This document shows, piece after piece, positions 39,401-50,914 of a stretch of DNA of 64,000 bases. Within the stretch, counting starts at the first letter, position 1. Each line of letters begins with the position of its first letter. The stretch spans positions 76,384,001 to 76,448,000 of the forward strand of contig JANJGN010000021.1 of the NCBI GenBank assembly GCA_026770705.1, in the 5' to 3' direction. Below the pieces are notes generated by a model. That model saw nothing but the letters and a program-made list of their open reading frames with translations. It was not told the origin of the DNA and did not search any database. Both the position numbers and the translations under genes were made by a program. The DNA is from Isurus oxyrinchus (Eukaryota).

Positions 39401-42400
39401 GAATGCCAAGGTCCCAGTGCTAAGTGCCTGGTGCCCAGTGCTAAGTGCCAGTGCCACTGTGCAGAGCGCCATGGACCCCATGCCACGTGCCAGGCCCCTG
39501 TGCTAAGTGCCAGGCCCCTGTGCCAAGTGCCAGCGCCCCCTTGCTGAGCGCCAGGCTCCAGTGCTGAGTGCAGGGCCCCAGTGCTGAGTACCAGGACACC
39601 ATAACGAGCCCCAGGCTCCACTGCTGAGTGCCAGGAACCGTGCTGAGTGCCAGGGCCTCTTTGCCAGACACCAGGGCCCCCAGTGCTGAGTGCTAGGTTC
39701 CCAGTGCTGAGTACCAGGGCCACTGTGCAGAGCGCCAGGGCCTCGTGCTGAGTGTCAGGGCCCCAGTGCTGAGTGCCAGGCCCCCATGCTGAGTGCCAGG
39801 GCCCCCTGGCTGGGCACCAGCACCCCCACTGCTGAATGCCAGGTCCCCGTGCTGAGCGCTAGGTTGTCAGTGCTGAGCACCAGGGTCCCAGCGCTGAGCA
39901 CCAGACCCCTGTGCAGAGCACCAGGCCCACATGCAGAGCACCAGGGCCCCCACTGTCGAATGCCAGGGACTCCATGCTGAGCACCAGGCCCCCGTGCAGA
40001 GCGCCAGGGCCCCCGTGCTGAGTACAAGAGCCCCCATGCTGAGTGCCAAGGCCCTGTGCTGAGTGCCAGGACCCCATGCTGTGTGCCAGGGCCCCAGTGT
40101 TCAGTGCCAGGCTCCCGTGTTGATCGCCAGTGCTCCCGTGCTGTGTGCCAGGGCCCACTTGCTGGGCACCAGGGTCCCCACTGCTGAATGCCTGGTCCCC
40201 GTGCTAAGCGCCATTGTGTCAGTGCTGAGTGTCAGGGTCCCAGCGCTGAGTGCCAGGGTCCCAGTGCTGAGTGCCAGAGCCCCTGTGCTGAGCACCAGGG
40301 CTCCCGTGATGAATGCCAGGGTCCCAGTGCTAAGTTCCTGGTGCCCAGTGCTAAGTGCCAGTGCCACTGTGCAGAGTGACATGGACCCCATGCCACGTGC
40401 CAGGCCCCTGTGCTGAGTGCCAGCACCCCCTTGCTGAGCACCAGGCTCCAGTGCTGAGTGCAGGGCCCCAGTACTGAGTACCAGGATCCCATGCCGAGCC
40501 CCAGGCTCCAGTGCTGAGTGCCAGGAACCGTGCTGAGTGCCAGGGCCTCTTTGCCGGGCACCAGCGCCCCACTGCTGAGCGCCAGGGTCCCGGTGCTGAA
40601 TGCCAGGGCCCCAGTGCGAAGCGCCAGGGCCCCCACTGCTGTGCGCAGGGTCCCAGTGCTGAGTGCTAGGGTCCCAGTGCTGAGTACCAGGGCCCCCATG
40701 TTAAGTGCCAGGGCTCCCGTGCTGAGTGCCAGGATCCCCGTGCTGAGTGCCAGGACTCCTGTGCCGAGCACCAGGGCCACTGTGCTGAATGCCAGGCCCA
40801 CGTGCAGAGTACAAGGGCCCCCACTGCCGAGTGCCATGGTCCCAGTGCTGAGTGCCAGGGCCCCCGTGCTGAATGCCATTGGCCCAGTGCTGTGCCAGTG
40901 CCACTGTGCAGAGCGCCATGGACCCCATGCCACATGCCAGGCCCCATGTGCCAAGTGCCAGTGCCCCCTTGCTGAGCGCCAGGCTCCAGTGCTGTGTGCA
41001 GGGCCCCAGTGCTGAGTACCAGGACACCGTAACGAGCCCCAGGCTCCACTGCTGAGTGCCAGGAACCGTGCTGAGTGCCAGGGCCTCTTTGCCGGACACC
41101 AGGGCCCCCAGTGCTGAGTGCTAGGGTCCCAGTGCTGAGTACCAGGGTCCCGATGTTAAGTGCCAGGTCTCCCATGCTGAGTGCCAGGATCCCCGTGCTG
41201 AGTGCCAGGACTCCCGTGCCGAGCGCCAGGGCCACCGTGCAGAGCACCAAAGCCCCGTGCTGAGTGCCAGGGCCCCAGTGCTGAGTGCCAGGCCCCCATG
41301 CTGAGTGCCAGGGCCCCCTGGCTGGGCACCAGCACCCCCACTGCTGAATGCCAGGTCCCCGTGCTGAGCGCCAGGTTGTCAGTGCTGACACCAGGGTCCC
41401 AGCACTGAGCACCAGGCCCCTGTGCAGAGCACCAGGCCCACATGCAGAGCGCCAGGGCCCCCACTGTTGAATGCCAGGGTCCCAGAGCTGTGCCTTGGGC
41501 CCCGTGCTGAATGCCAGGGCCCCCGTGCTGAGCACCAGGCCCACGTGCAGAGTGCCAGGGCCCCCGTGCTGAGTACAAGAGCCCCCGTGCTGTGTGCCAG
41601 GGCCCTCTTGCTGGGCACCAGGGTCCCCACTGCTGAATGCCTGGTCCCCGTGCTAAGCGCCATTGTGTCAGTGCTGAGCGCCAGGGCCCCAGTGCTGAGT
41701 GCCAGGGCCCCTGTGCTGAGTGCCAGGGCCCCCGTGCTAAGTGCCAGGGACCCAGTGCCGAGTGCCAGGACCCCCTGTGCTGAGCACCAGGGCCTCGTGC
41801 TGAGTGCCTGGGCCCCAGCGCTGGGCAGCAGCCCCCCTGCAGAGCACCAGGGCCCCCACTGCCAAGTGCCAGGGTCCCAGCGCTGAGTGCCAGAGCCCCT
41901 GTGCTGAATGCCAGGGTCCCTGTGCAGAGTGCCAGGGCCCCCGTGCTGAGCACCAGGCCCCCGTGCAGAGCGCCAGGGCCCCCGTGCTGAGTACAAGAGC
42001 CCCCGTGCTGAGTGCCAAGGCCCTGTGCCGAGTGCCAGGACCCCATGCTGCGTGCCAGGGCCCCAGTGTTCAGTGCCAGGTTCCCGTGCTGATTGCCAGT
42101 GCTCCCGTGTTGTGTGCCAGGGCCCCCTTGCTGGGCACCAGGGTCCCCACTGCTGAACGCCTGGTCTCCGTGCTAAGCGCCATTTTGTCAGTGCTGAGCA
42201 CCAGGGCTGCAGTGCTGAGTGCCAGGGCCCCAGTGCTGAGTGCCAGGGTCCCCGTGATGAATGCCAAGGCTGCCGTGCTGGGCACAAGTGTCCCCGTGCT
42301 GAGCACCAGGGCCCCCGTGATGAATGCCAAGGTCCCAGTGCTAAGTGCCTGGTGCCCAGTGCTAAGTGCCAGTGCCACTGTGCAGAGCGCCATGGACCCC

Positions 42401-42450
42401 ATGCCACGTGCCAGGCCCCTGTGCTAAGTGCCAGGCCCCTGTGCCAAGTG
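36440..42450. repeat. Older, more diverged ~2.9 kb duplication in the distal satellite domain
   Basis: Related ORFs at offsets 2859-2984 (36582/39441, 37575/40518, 38091/41075, 38904/41804, 39128/42070), with monomer-sized indels. Confidence 0.75.
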
Positions 42451-45400
42451 CCAGCACCCTCTTGCTGAGCACCAGGCTCCAGTGCTGATTACCAGGGTCC
42501 CCATGCCAGGTGCCAGTGCGCCCATGCTAAGTGCCAGGTACCGAGTGCCGAGTGCCAGAGCCCCCATGCCGAGTGCCAGAGCCCCCGTGCCGAGCTGCAG
42601 TGCCCCCGTGCAGAGCGCCAGGGCTCCGGTGCCGAGAACCAGGGCCCCCAGTGCTGAATGCCAGGGCCGCCGTGCTGAGCACCAGGGCCCCCGTGCTGAG
42701 CACCAGGGCCCCCGTGCTGAATGCCAGGGTCCCAATGCTGTGCCTGGTGCCCAGTGCTAAGTGCCAGTGCCACTGTGCAGAGCGCCATGGACCCCATGCC
42801 ACATGTCAGGCCTCTGTGCTGAGTGCCAGGCCCCTGTGCCAAGTGCCAGCGCCCCCTTGCTGAGCACCAGGCTCCAGTGCTGAGTGCCAGGGCCCCCGTG
42901 CTGAGTGCAGGGCCCCGTGCTGAGTACCAGGACCCCATGCCGAGCTCCAGGCTCCAGTGCTGAGTGCCAGGAACCGTACTGTGTGCCAGGGCCTTTTTGC
43001 CGGACACCAGGTCCCCCAGTGCTGAGTGCTAGGGTCCCAGTGCTGAGTACCAGAGCCCCCATGTTAAGTGTCAGGGCTCCCGTGCTGAGTGCCAAGACCC
43101 CAGTGCTGAGTACTAGGGCCCCCATGTTAAGTGACAGGGCTCCTCTGTTGAATGCCAGGACCGCCGTGCTGAGTGCCAGGCTCCAGTGCTGAATGCAGGG
43201 CCCCAGTGCTGAGTACCAGGACACCGTAATGAGCCCCAGGCTCCAGTAGTGAGTGCCAAGAACTGTGCTGAGTGCCTGGGCCTCTTTGCCGGTCAGCAGG
43301 GCCCCCAGTGCTGAGTGCTAGGGTCCCAGTGCTGAGTGACAGGGCCCCCATGTTAAGTGCCAGGTCTCCCATGCCGAGTGCCAGGGCCACCGTGCAGAGC
43401 ACCAAGGCCCCGTGCTGAGTGCCAGGGCCCCAGTGCTGAGTGCCAGGCCCCCGTGCTGAGTGCCACGGCCCCAGAGTTGAGTGCCAGGCCCCCATGCTGA
43501 GTGCCAGGGCCCCCTGGCTGGGCACCAGCGCCCCCACTGCTGAATACCAGGTCCTCGTGCTGAGCGCCAGGTTGTCAGTGCTGAGCACCAGGCCCCTGTG
43601 CAGAGCACCAGGCCCACATGCAGAGCGCCAGGGCCCCCACTGGTGAATGCCAGGGTCCCAGCGCTGAGTGCCTTGGGCCCCGTGCTGAATGCCAGGGCCC
43701 CCGTGCTGAGCGCCAGGGCCCCTGTGCTGAGTACAAGAGCCCGCGTGCTGAGTGCCGAGGCCCTGTGCCGAGTGCTAGGACCCCATGCTGCGTGCCAGGG
43801 CCCCAGTGTTCAGTGCCAGGCTGCCGTGCTGATTGCCAGTGCTCCCGTGCTGTGTGCCAGGGCCCCCTTGCTGGGCACCAGGGTCCCCACTGCTGAATGC
43901 CTGGTCCCCGTGCTAAGCGCCATTGTGTCAGTGCTGAGCGCCAGGGCCCCAGTGCTGAGTGCCAGGGCCCCTGTGCTGAGTGCCAGGGCCCCTGTGCTAA
44001 GTGCCAGGGACCCAGTGCCGAGTGCCAGGACCCCCGTGCCGAGTGCCAGGGCCCCCACTGCTGAGTGCCAGGGTCCCCGTGATGAATGCCAAGGTCCCAG
44101 TGCTAAGTGCCTGGTGCCCAGTGCTAAGTGCCAGTGCCACTGTGCAGTGCGCCATGGACCCCATGCCACGTGCCAGGCCCCTGTGCTAAGTGCCAGGCCC
44201 CTGTGCCAAGTGCCAGCACCCCCTTGCTGAGCGCCAGGCTCCAGTGCTGAGTGCAGGGCCCCAGTGCTGAGTACCAGGATCCTGTGCCGAGCCCCAGGCT
44301 CCAGTGCTGAGTGCCAGGAACCGTGCTGAGTGCCAGGGCCTCTTTGCCGGGCACCAGGTCTCCACTGCTGTGCGCAGGGTCCCAGTGCTGAGTGCTAGGG
44401 TCCCGTGTGAGTGCCAGTCCCCTGTGCTGAGTGCCAGGGCCCCAGTGTTGAGTGCCAGGCCCCCATGCTAAGCACCAGGTCCCCCTGCCAAGTGCCAGGG
44501 TCCCAGTGCTGAGCTCCAGGGCCCCCATGCCGAGTGCCAGGGCCCCAGTGCTGAGCTCCAGGGCCCCCGTGCCGAGTGCCTGGGCCCCCCGTGCTGAGCA
44601 CCAGGGCCACCATGCTGGATGCGAGGGTCCCAGTGCTAAGAGCCAGGTACCCAGTACCAAGCGCCAGGTCCCCCTGCCCAGTGCCAGGGTCCCCGTGCTG
44701 AGCTCCAGGGCTCCCGTGCTGAGTGCCAGGGCCCCAGTGCTGAGTGCCAGGGTCCCAGTACCGAGCGCCAGGGCCCCCGTTCTGAGTGCCAGGGCGCAGT
44801 GCCGGGCGCCAGTGTCCCACGTGCCAAGTGCCAGGGCCCCATACTAAGTGCCAGGCCCTAGTGCCGAGTGCCAGTGTCCCCGTGCCAAGCACCAGGGCCC
44901 CCGTGCCGAGTGCCAGGTCCCTATGCTGAGTGCCAGGTCCCCCGTGCTGAGTGCCAGGGACCCAGTGCCGAGTGCCTGACCCTCATGTCGAGCACCAATA
45001 CCCCCGTGCTGAGAGTCAGGTTCCCGTGCCGAGTGCCAGGACCCCCTGTGCTGAGCACCAGGGCCTCGTGCTGAGTGCCTGGGCCCCAGCGCTGGGCAGC
45101 AGCCCCCCTGCAGAGCACCAGGGCCCCCACTGCCAAGTGCCAGGGTCCCAGCGCTGAGTGCCAGAGCCCCTGTGCTGAATGCCAGGGTCCCTGTGCAGAG
45201 TGCCAGGGCCCCCGTGCTGAGCACCAGGCCCCCGTGCAGAGCGCCAGGGCCCCCGTGCTGAGTACAAGAGCCCCCGTGCTGAGTGCCAAGGCCCTGTGCT
45301 GAGTGCCAGGACCCCATGCTGCGTGCCAGGGCCCCAGTGTTCAGTGCCAGGCTCCCGTGCTGATTGCCAGTGCTCCCGTGTTGTGTGCCAGGGCCCCCTT

Positions 45401-48400
45401 GCTGGGCACCAGGGTCCCCACTGCTGAACGCCTGGTCTCCGTGCTAAGCGCCATTTTGTCAGTGCTGAGCGTCAGGATCCCAGTGCTGAGTGCCAGGGCC
45501 CCTGTGCAGAGTGCCAGGGCCCCCGTGCTGAGCACCAGGCCCCCGTGCAGAGCGCCAGGGCCCCCGTGCTGAGTACAAGAGCCCCCGTGCTGAGTGCCAA
45601 GGCCCTGTGCCGAGTGCCAGGACCCCATGCTGCGTGCCAGGGCCCCAGTGTTCAGTGCCAGGCTCCCGTGCTGATTGCCAGTGCTCCCGTGTTGTGTGCC
45701 AGGGCCCCCTTGCTGGGCACCAGGGTCCCCACTGCTGAACGCCTGGTCTCCGTGCTAAGCGCCATTTTGTCAGTGCTGAGCACCAGGGCTGCAGTGCTGA
45801 GTGCCAGGGCCCCAGTGCTGAGTGCCAGGGTCCCCGTGATGAATGCCAAGGCTGCCGTGCTGGGCACAAGTGTCCCCGTGCTGAGCACCAGGGCCCCCGT
45901 GATGAATGCCAAGGTCCCAGTGCTAAGTGCCTGGTGCCCAGTGCTAAGTGCCAGTGCCACTGTGCAGAGCGCCATGGACCCCATGCCACGTGCCAGGCCC
46001 CTGTGCTAAGTGCCAGGCCCCTGTGCCAAGTGCCAGCACCCTCTTGCTGAGCACCAGGCTCCAGTGCTGATTACCAGGGTCCCCATGCCAGGTGCCAGTG
46101 CGCCCATGCTAAGTGCCAGGTACCGAGTGCCGAGTGCCAGAGCCCCCATGCCGAGTGCCAGAGCCCCCGTGCCGAGCTGCAGTGCCCCTGTGCAGAGCGC
46201 CAGGGCTCCGGTGCCGAGAACCAGGGCCCCCAGTGCTGAATGCCAGGGCCGCCGTGCTGAGCACCAGGGCCCCCGTGCTGAATGCCAGGGTCCCAATGCT
46301 GTGCCTGGTGCCCAGTGCTAAGTGCCAGTGCCACTGTGCAGAGCGCCATGGACCCCATGCCACATGTCAGGCCTCTGTGCTGAGTGCCAGGCCCCTGTGC
46401 CAAGTGCCAGCGCCCCCTTGCTGAGCACCAGGCTCCAGTGCTGAGTGCCAGGGCCCCCGTGCTGAGTGCAGGGCCCCGTGCTGAGTACCAGGACCCCATG
46501 CCGAGCTCCAGGCTCCAGTGCTGAGTGCCAGGAACCGTACTGTGTGCCAGGGCCTTTTTGCCGGACACCAGGTCCCCCAGTGCTGAGCGCTAGGGTCCCA
46601 GTGCTGAGTACCAGAGCCCCCATGTTAAGTGTCAGGGCTCCCGTGCTGAGTGCCAAGACCCCAGTGCTGAGTACTAGGGCCCCCATGTTAAGTGACAGGG
46701 CTCCTCTGTTGAATGCCAGGACCGCCGTGCTGAGTGCCAGGCTCCAGTGCTGAATGCAGGGCCCCAGTGCTGAGTACCAGGACACCGTAATGAGCCCCAG
46801 GCTCCAGTAGTGAGTGCCAAGAACTGTGCTGAGTGCCTGGGCCTCTTTGCCGGTCAGCAGGGCCCCCAGTGCTGAGTGCTAGGGTCCCAGTGCTGAGTGA
46901 CAGGGCCCCCATGTTAAGTGCCAGGTCTCCCATGCCGAGTGCCAGGGCCACCGTGCAGAGCACCAAGGCCCCGTGCTGAGTGCCAGGGCCCCCATGCTGA
47001 GTGCCAGGCCCCCATGCTGAGTGCCAGGGCCCCCTGGCTGGGCACCAGCGCCCCCACTGCTGAATACCAGGTCCTCGTGCTGAGCGCCAGGTTGTCAGTG
47101 CTGAGCACCAGGCCCCTGTGCAGAGCACCAGGCCCACATGCAGAGCGCCAGGGCCCCCACTGGTGAATGCCAGGGTCCCAGCGCTGAGTGCCTTGGGCCC
47201 CGTGCTGAATGCCAGGGCCCCCATGCTGAGCACCAGGCCCCCGTGCTGAGCGCCAGGGCCCCCGTGCTGAGTACAAGAGCCCGCGTGCTGAGTGCCGAGG
47301 CCCTGTGCCGAGTGCTAGGACCCCATGCTGCGTGCCAGGGCCCCAGTGTTCAGTGCCAGGCTGCCGTGCTGATTGCCAGTGCTCCCGTGCTGTGTGCCAG
47401 GGCCCACTTGCTGGGCACCAGGGTCCCCACTGCTGAATGCCTGGTCCCCGTGCTAAGCGCCATTGTGTCAGTGCTGAGCGCCAGGGCCCCAGTGCTGAGT
47501 GCCAGGGCCCCTGTGCTGAGTGCCAGGGCCCCTGTGCTAAGTGCCAGGGACCCAGTGCCGAGTGCCAGGACCCCCGTGCCGAGTGCCAGGGCCCCCACTG
47601 CTGAGTGCCAGGGTCCCCGTGATGAATGCCAAGGTCCCAGTGCTAAGTGCCTGGTGCCCAGTGCTAAGTGCCAGTGCCACTGTGCAGTGCGCCATGGACC
47701 CCATGCCACGTGCCAGGCCCCTGTGCTGAGTGCCAGGCCCCTGTGCCAAGTGCCAGCACCCCCTTGCTGAGCGCCAGGCTCCAGTGCTGAGTGCAGGGCC
47801 CCAGTGCTGAGTGCCAGGATCCTGTGCCGAGCCCCAGGCTCCAGTGCTGAGTGCCAGCAACCATGCTGAGTGCCAGGGCCTCTTTGCCGGGCACCAGGTC
47901 TCCACTGCTGTGCGCAGGGTCCCAGTGCTGAGTGCTAGGGTCCCGTGTGAGTGCCAGTCCCCTGTGCTGAGTGCCAGGGCCCCAGTGTTGAGTGCCAGGC
48001 CCCCATGCTAAGCACCAGGTCCCCCTGCCAAGTGCCAGGGTCCCAGTGCTGAGCTCCAGGGCCCCCATGCCGAGTGCCAGGGCCCCAGTGCTGAGCTCCA
48101 GGGCCCCCGTGCCGAGTGCCTGGGCCCCCCGTGCTGAGCACCAGGGCCACCATGCTGGATGCGAGGGTCCCAGTGCTAAGAGCCAGGTACCCAGTACCAA
48201 GCGCCAGGTCCCCCTGCCCAGTGCCAGGGTCCCCGTGCTGAGCTCCAGGGCTCCCGTGCTGAGTGCCAGGGCCCCAGTGCTGAGTGCCAGGGTCCCAGTA
48301 CCGAGCGCCAGGGCCCCCGTTCTGAGTGCCAGGGCGCAGTGCCGGGCGCCAGTGTCCCACGTGCCAAGTGCCAGGGCCCCATACTAAGTGCCAGGCCCTA

Positions 48401-48575
48401 GTGCCGAGTGCCAGTGTCCCCGTGCCAAGCACCAAGGCCCCCGTGCCGAGTGCCAGGTCCCTATGCTGAGTGCCAGGTCCCCCGTGCTGAGTGCCAGGGA
48501 CCCAGTGCCGAGTGCCTGACCCTCATGTCGAGCACCAATACCCCCGTGCTGAGAGTCAGGTTCCCGTGCCGAGTG
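41760..48575. repeat. Recent ~3.3-3.55 kb tandem duplication (second copy from ~45030 carries an extra ~311-bp internal duplication)
   Basis: Offset 3271 (41804/45075), then 3582 (42424/46006), 3561 (42757/46318) and 3540 (44124/47664, 44636/48176), with near-identical translations. Confidence 0.88.
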
Positions 48576-48800
48576 ACAGGGCCCCTGTGCCGAGGGCCAG
48601 GGCCCCTGTGCCGAGGGCCAGGGCCCCTGTGCTGAGGGCCAGGGCACTGAGCTTAGTGCCAGGTCCCCAGTGCTGAGTGCCAGTGTCCCAGTGCTGAGCG
48701 CAGGACCCCATGCTGAGCATAAGGGCCCCTATGCTGTGTGCCAGGCTCCATGCCATGTGCCAGGACACCGATGCTGAGTGAATGACAATTTTGGACTTTG

Positions 48801-48880
48801 ATTGGTCCAGGTCGTGCATGCTCAGTCTCTGATTGGTTTCTCAGAATGGCAGTCACCTACAAATGTCACTTCCTGATTGG
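48801..48880. promoter_or_regulatory. Promoter-like motif cluster: three ATTGG (CCAAT) boxes, an NRF1-like GTGCATGCTC and an ETS CACTTCCTG
   Basis: ATTGG at 48801, 48832 and 48876; GTGCATGCTCAG at 48814-48825; CACTTCCTG at 48867-48875. Motif match only, no evidence of activity. Confidence 0.35.
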
Positions 48881-49427
48881 CTGCTTAAGGTGCCAGTCCT
48901 TGTGGAAAAGTCCCCCTCCTAACAGTATTCCTTTGTTCTTTCATTAAATGAAATGGTTTTTCTGCTAAGATAATGTGGCATCTTGTGATATGCAATACCC
49001 ACCCACAAAGTCTCCATGTCCATCCATCTGAGAGAATAGAACTGTATGGTGTAGGGTATCAATGTAAGTAAGCTTAGATGGTGATCTGTTTTTTTTAGCA
49101 AAAATCAATCATTTTCAGCCCAAACTTACTGAATAAACCAACAGGGCCAAAGGAAGCCGCCTTACATATTGTTATACTGACAATGAATTAGACAAGCTGG
49201 CAACAGATAATTTTAAGATAGTGAAACTTCAATTAATTTTAATTGAAGACATTAGATGAATCAATAGTTACTTTCAAAGGGCTTGGTTAGATTAATATGC
49301 CTTTTAAAAAACGTGTTTGAATAAAATACATGACAGTGCAATTTTGAAAAACTTCTGTTCAGTTCAACAGAGTTGCTACATTTACCTCATCACAGTACAA
49401 CGTCTAACTCTGTATTGAAACATTCAC

Positions 49428-49819
49428 TTTTTAAAAAAATATACCTTATTCAGAAAATATCTGAAAGAACATTACAAAATATTTTAAAATGGCCATCACA
49501 AAAAGTGCAATCATACTCAACTTTTCCACATAGATCATGAGGTGCTTCAATACAATCAATGAATATTACAGACATTTCAATATGGTCATTACAGACAGTG
49601 CAATGGTATTCAAGTTATCAACATAGATCATGTTGCACTCTGAGGTGCTTCAATACCATTATGATATATTTAGTATTCACTGCATGCATTCATTGTGAGT
49701 CACACAGCCCGAGGGGTCTATACAATTCCCAGCCCCTCGGTGCACTTTAGCTGAAAGGTGACAGTGACCTTTTCCCATTGCGTCTTTGCAGCAGCTACCC
49801 CAAGCTTTAGTGCATCCCT
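49428..49819 (-). mobile_element. Tx1-like (L1 clade) LINE, 5'-truncated: last ORF2 codons plus 3' UTR
   Basis: The minus strand of 49770-49819 reads RDALKLGVAAAKTQWEK, which I recognise from memory as the C-terminus of fish/shark Tx1 ORF2 (RDALKLGAAAAKAQWGK). It is followed by a 3' UTR ending AATAAGGTATATTTTTTTAAAAA. Confidence 0.7.
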
Positions 49820-49832
49820 AAAGCAATTGTTT

Positions 49833-50057
49833 CTTTTTGAAAAATATACTTTATTCATAAAATATCTGGAAGAACATTCCAAACCATTTCAAAATCACCA
49901 TCACATTAGTACAATCAGATTCAACTTTTACACATGGATCACAAGGTGCATCAATACAATCAATGAATCTTACAATCATTTCAATATAGTCAATGCAGAC
50001 AATCAGACAAAGGTATTGGAGTTATCAACATACATCACGTTGCACTCTGAGGTGCTT
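49833..50057 (-). mobile_element. Second, shorter copy of the same Tx1-like 3' UTR, flanked by a ~20-bp target-site duplication
   Basis: Aligns by eye with 49430-49650 (aaaatata..ttattca.aaaatatctg.aagaacatt...caatacaatcaatgaat...gttgcactctgaggtgcttc). Flanks are TCCCTAAAGCAATTGTTTCT (49815-49834) and TCCCTAAAACAATTGTTTTT (50057-50076). Confidence 0.75.
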
Positions 50058-50914
50058 CCCTAAAACAATTGTTTTTAAACTTGCATGAGTTAATACTAGA
50101 TACGTTCCTAAAGAGATATGTTTAAAATTAATATAAAGCCTTCTTATATACCTTAAACCAAAATGCAGACACAAAATGACTGCAAAGAAAATATTAAATC
50201 AAATTAGAAGAAAATTTAGAAAGCAAAAATTTATACAAAAGTTATGTGTTCAAAATTAGATTAAGGAAACATATTGAAATGTTCATTGTTCTATTATCAA
50301 GATTAATTACACACAAAGGCCAAGTCCAATTAAGTTAAATTAAAGAATATGTCACACAATCAAAGGGTGACAAGAGTCCATTAACACGTGGAGAGGGAGG
50401 GTCTTGACCTTCCCTCTAGATTAAAAATCTCATCTCCAGAGACACCGTTAGTTAGTCATATCCTGATTGAAGGAAACTTATTCAAAAGAAGGAAGGGGAG
50501 ACACACTTTCATGGAATTGCTCACCACATTGAAAGTCGCAGAGGTCTTTTGGATGTGATAAGTATGTCTCTGTTTCCTTTTGGGTTATTTTATTAAAGAT
50601 TAGTCTAGTATAGGTAAAAGACAGTGAATGATTTTAATTACAGACACGTGCTCTGTGTATTAAAAATGAGAAGGTTTAATTGGATGGATGTATGATTCTT
50701 GTATATTTGTACTTAACTAATTCTGCATTATAATTTGTAATTCTATATTACATCTCTGTGCTTATTTATATTTCTCTTTAAATAAAATTTCTTTGAATTT
50801 ACCATCTGAACATCCTTTTCTTATCCTGTGGGTTTGAAATCTCATTAGAATCTTGGAGTTAAAACCAATTACTGGTGAACTGGATCGATTCCCAATTGGA
50901 CACCATCCAAAAAA

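Larger units (their letters stand above)
1..48780. repeat. Giant GC-rich satellite/minisatellite array, 20-21 bp monomer (consensus GTGCTGAGTGCCAGGGCCCCC), single orientation, runs off the window start
   Basis: Uninterrupted head-to-tail variants of GTGCTGAGTGCCAGGG(C/T)CCC(C/A) from base 1. Monomers degenerate over the last ~140 bp and stop abruptly at ...atgctgagtg (48780), where AT-rich sequence begins. Confidence 0.98.

Noticed and set aside
1-48780. Frame reading Cys-UGA-Val-Pro-Gly-Pro-Pro, suggestive of a poly-selenocysteine protein
   Set aside because: The TGA alternates freely with CGA, CAA, AGA and TAA as expected from CpG decay, the frame is not preserved, and no SECIS is evident.
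1-48780. CRISPR-like or prokaryotic repeat array
   Set aside because: Monomers are contiguous with no unique spacers, there are no cas genes, and the flanking elements are vertebrate retroelements.
1-48780. CTCF-site array (CCAGGG/GGGGGC words)
   Set aside because: The monomer does not match the CCASYAGRKGGC core without an indel; only a superficial GC-rich resemblance.
155-48856. Hundreds of ORFs up to 589 aa with heptad repeats (LALSTGA, WHSARGP, GTQHGGP, VLSARAP, AECQGPR)
   Set aside because: The 21-nt monomer has no stop in five of six frames, so long ORFs are expected. The 20-bp variants constantly shift frame, all frames are equally open, and there is no promoter or splice structure. 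Not genes.
50350-50900. Possible solo LTR (TGTCA start, AATAAA at ~50781, TGGTG after it)
   Set aside because: No clear terminal inverted repeat, TSD, or recognisable PBS; cannot be supported by eye.
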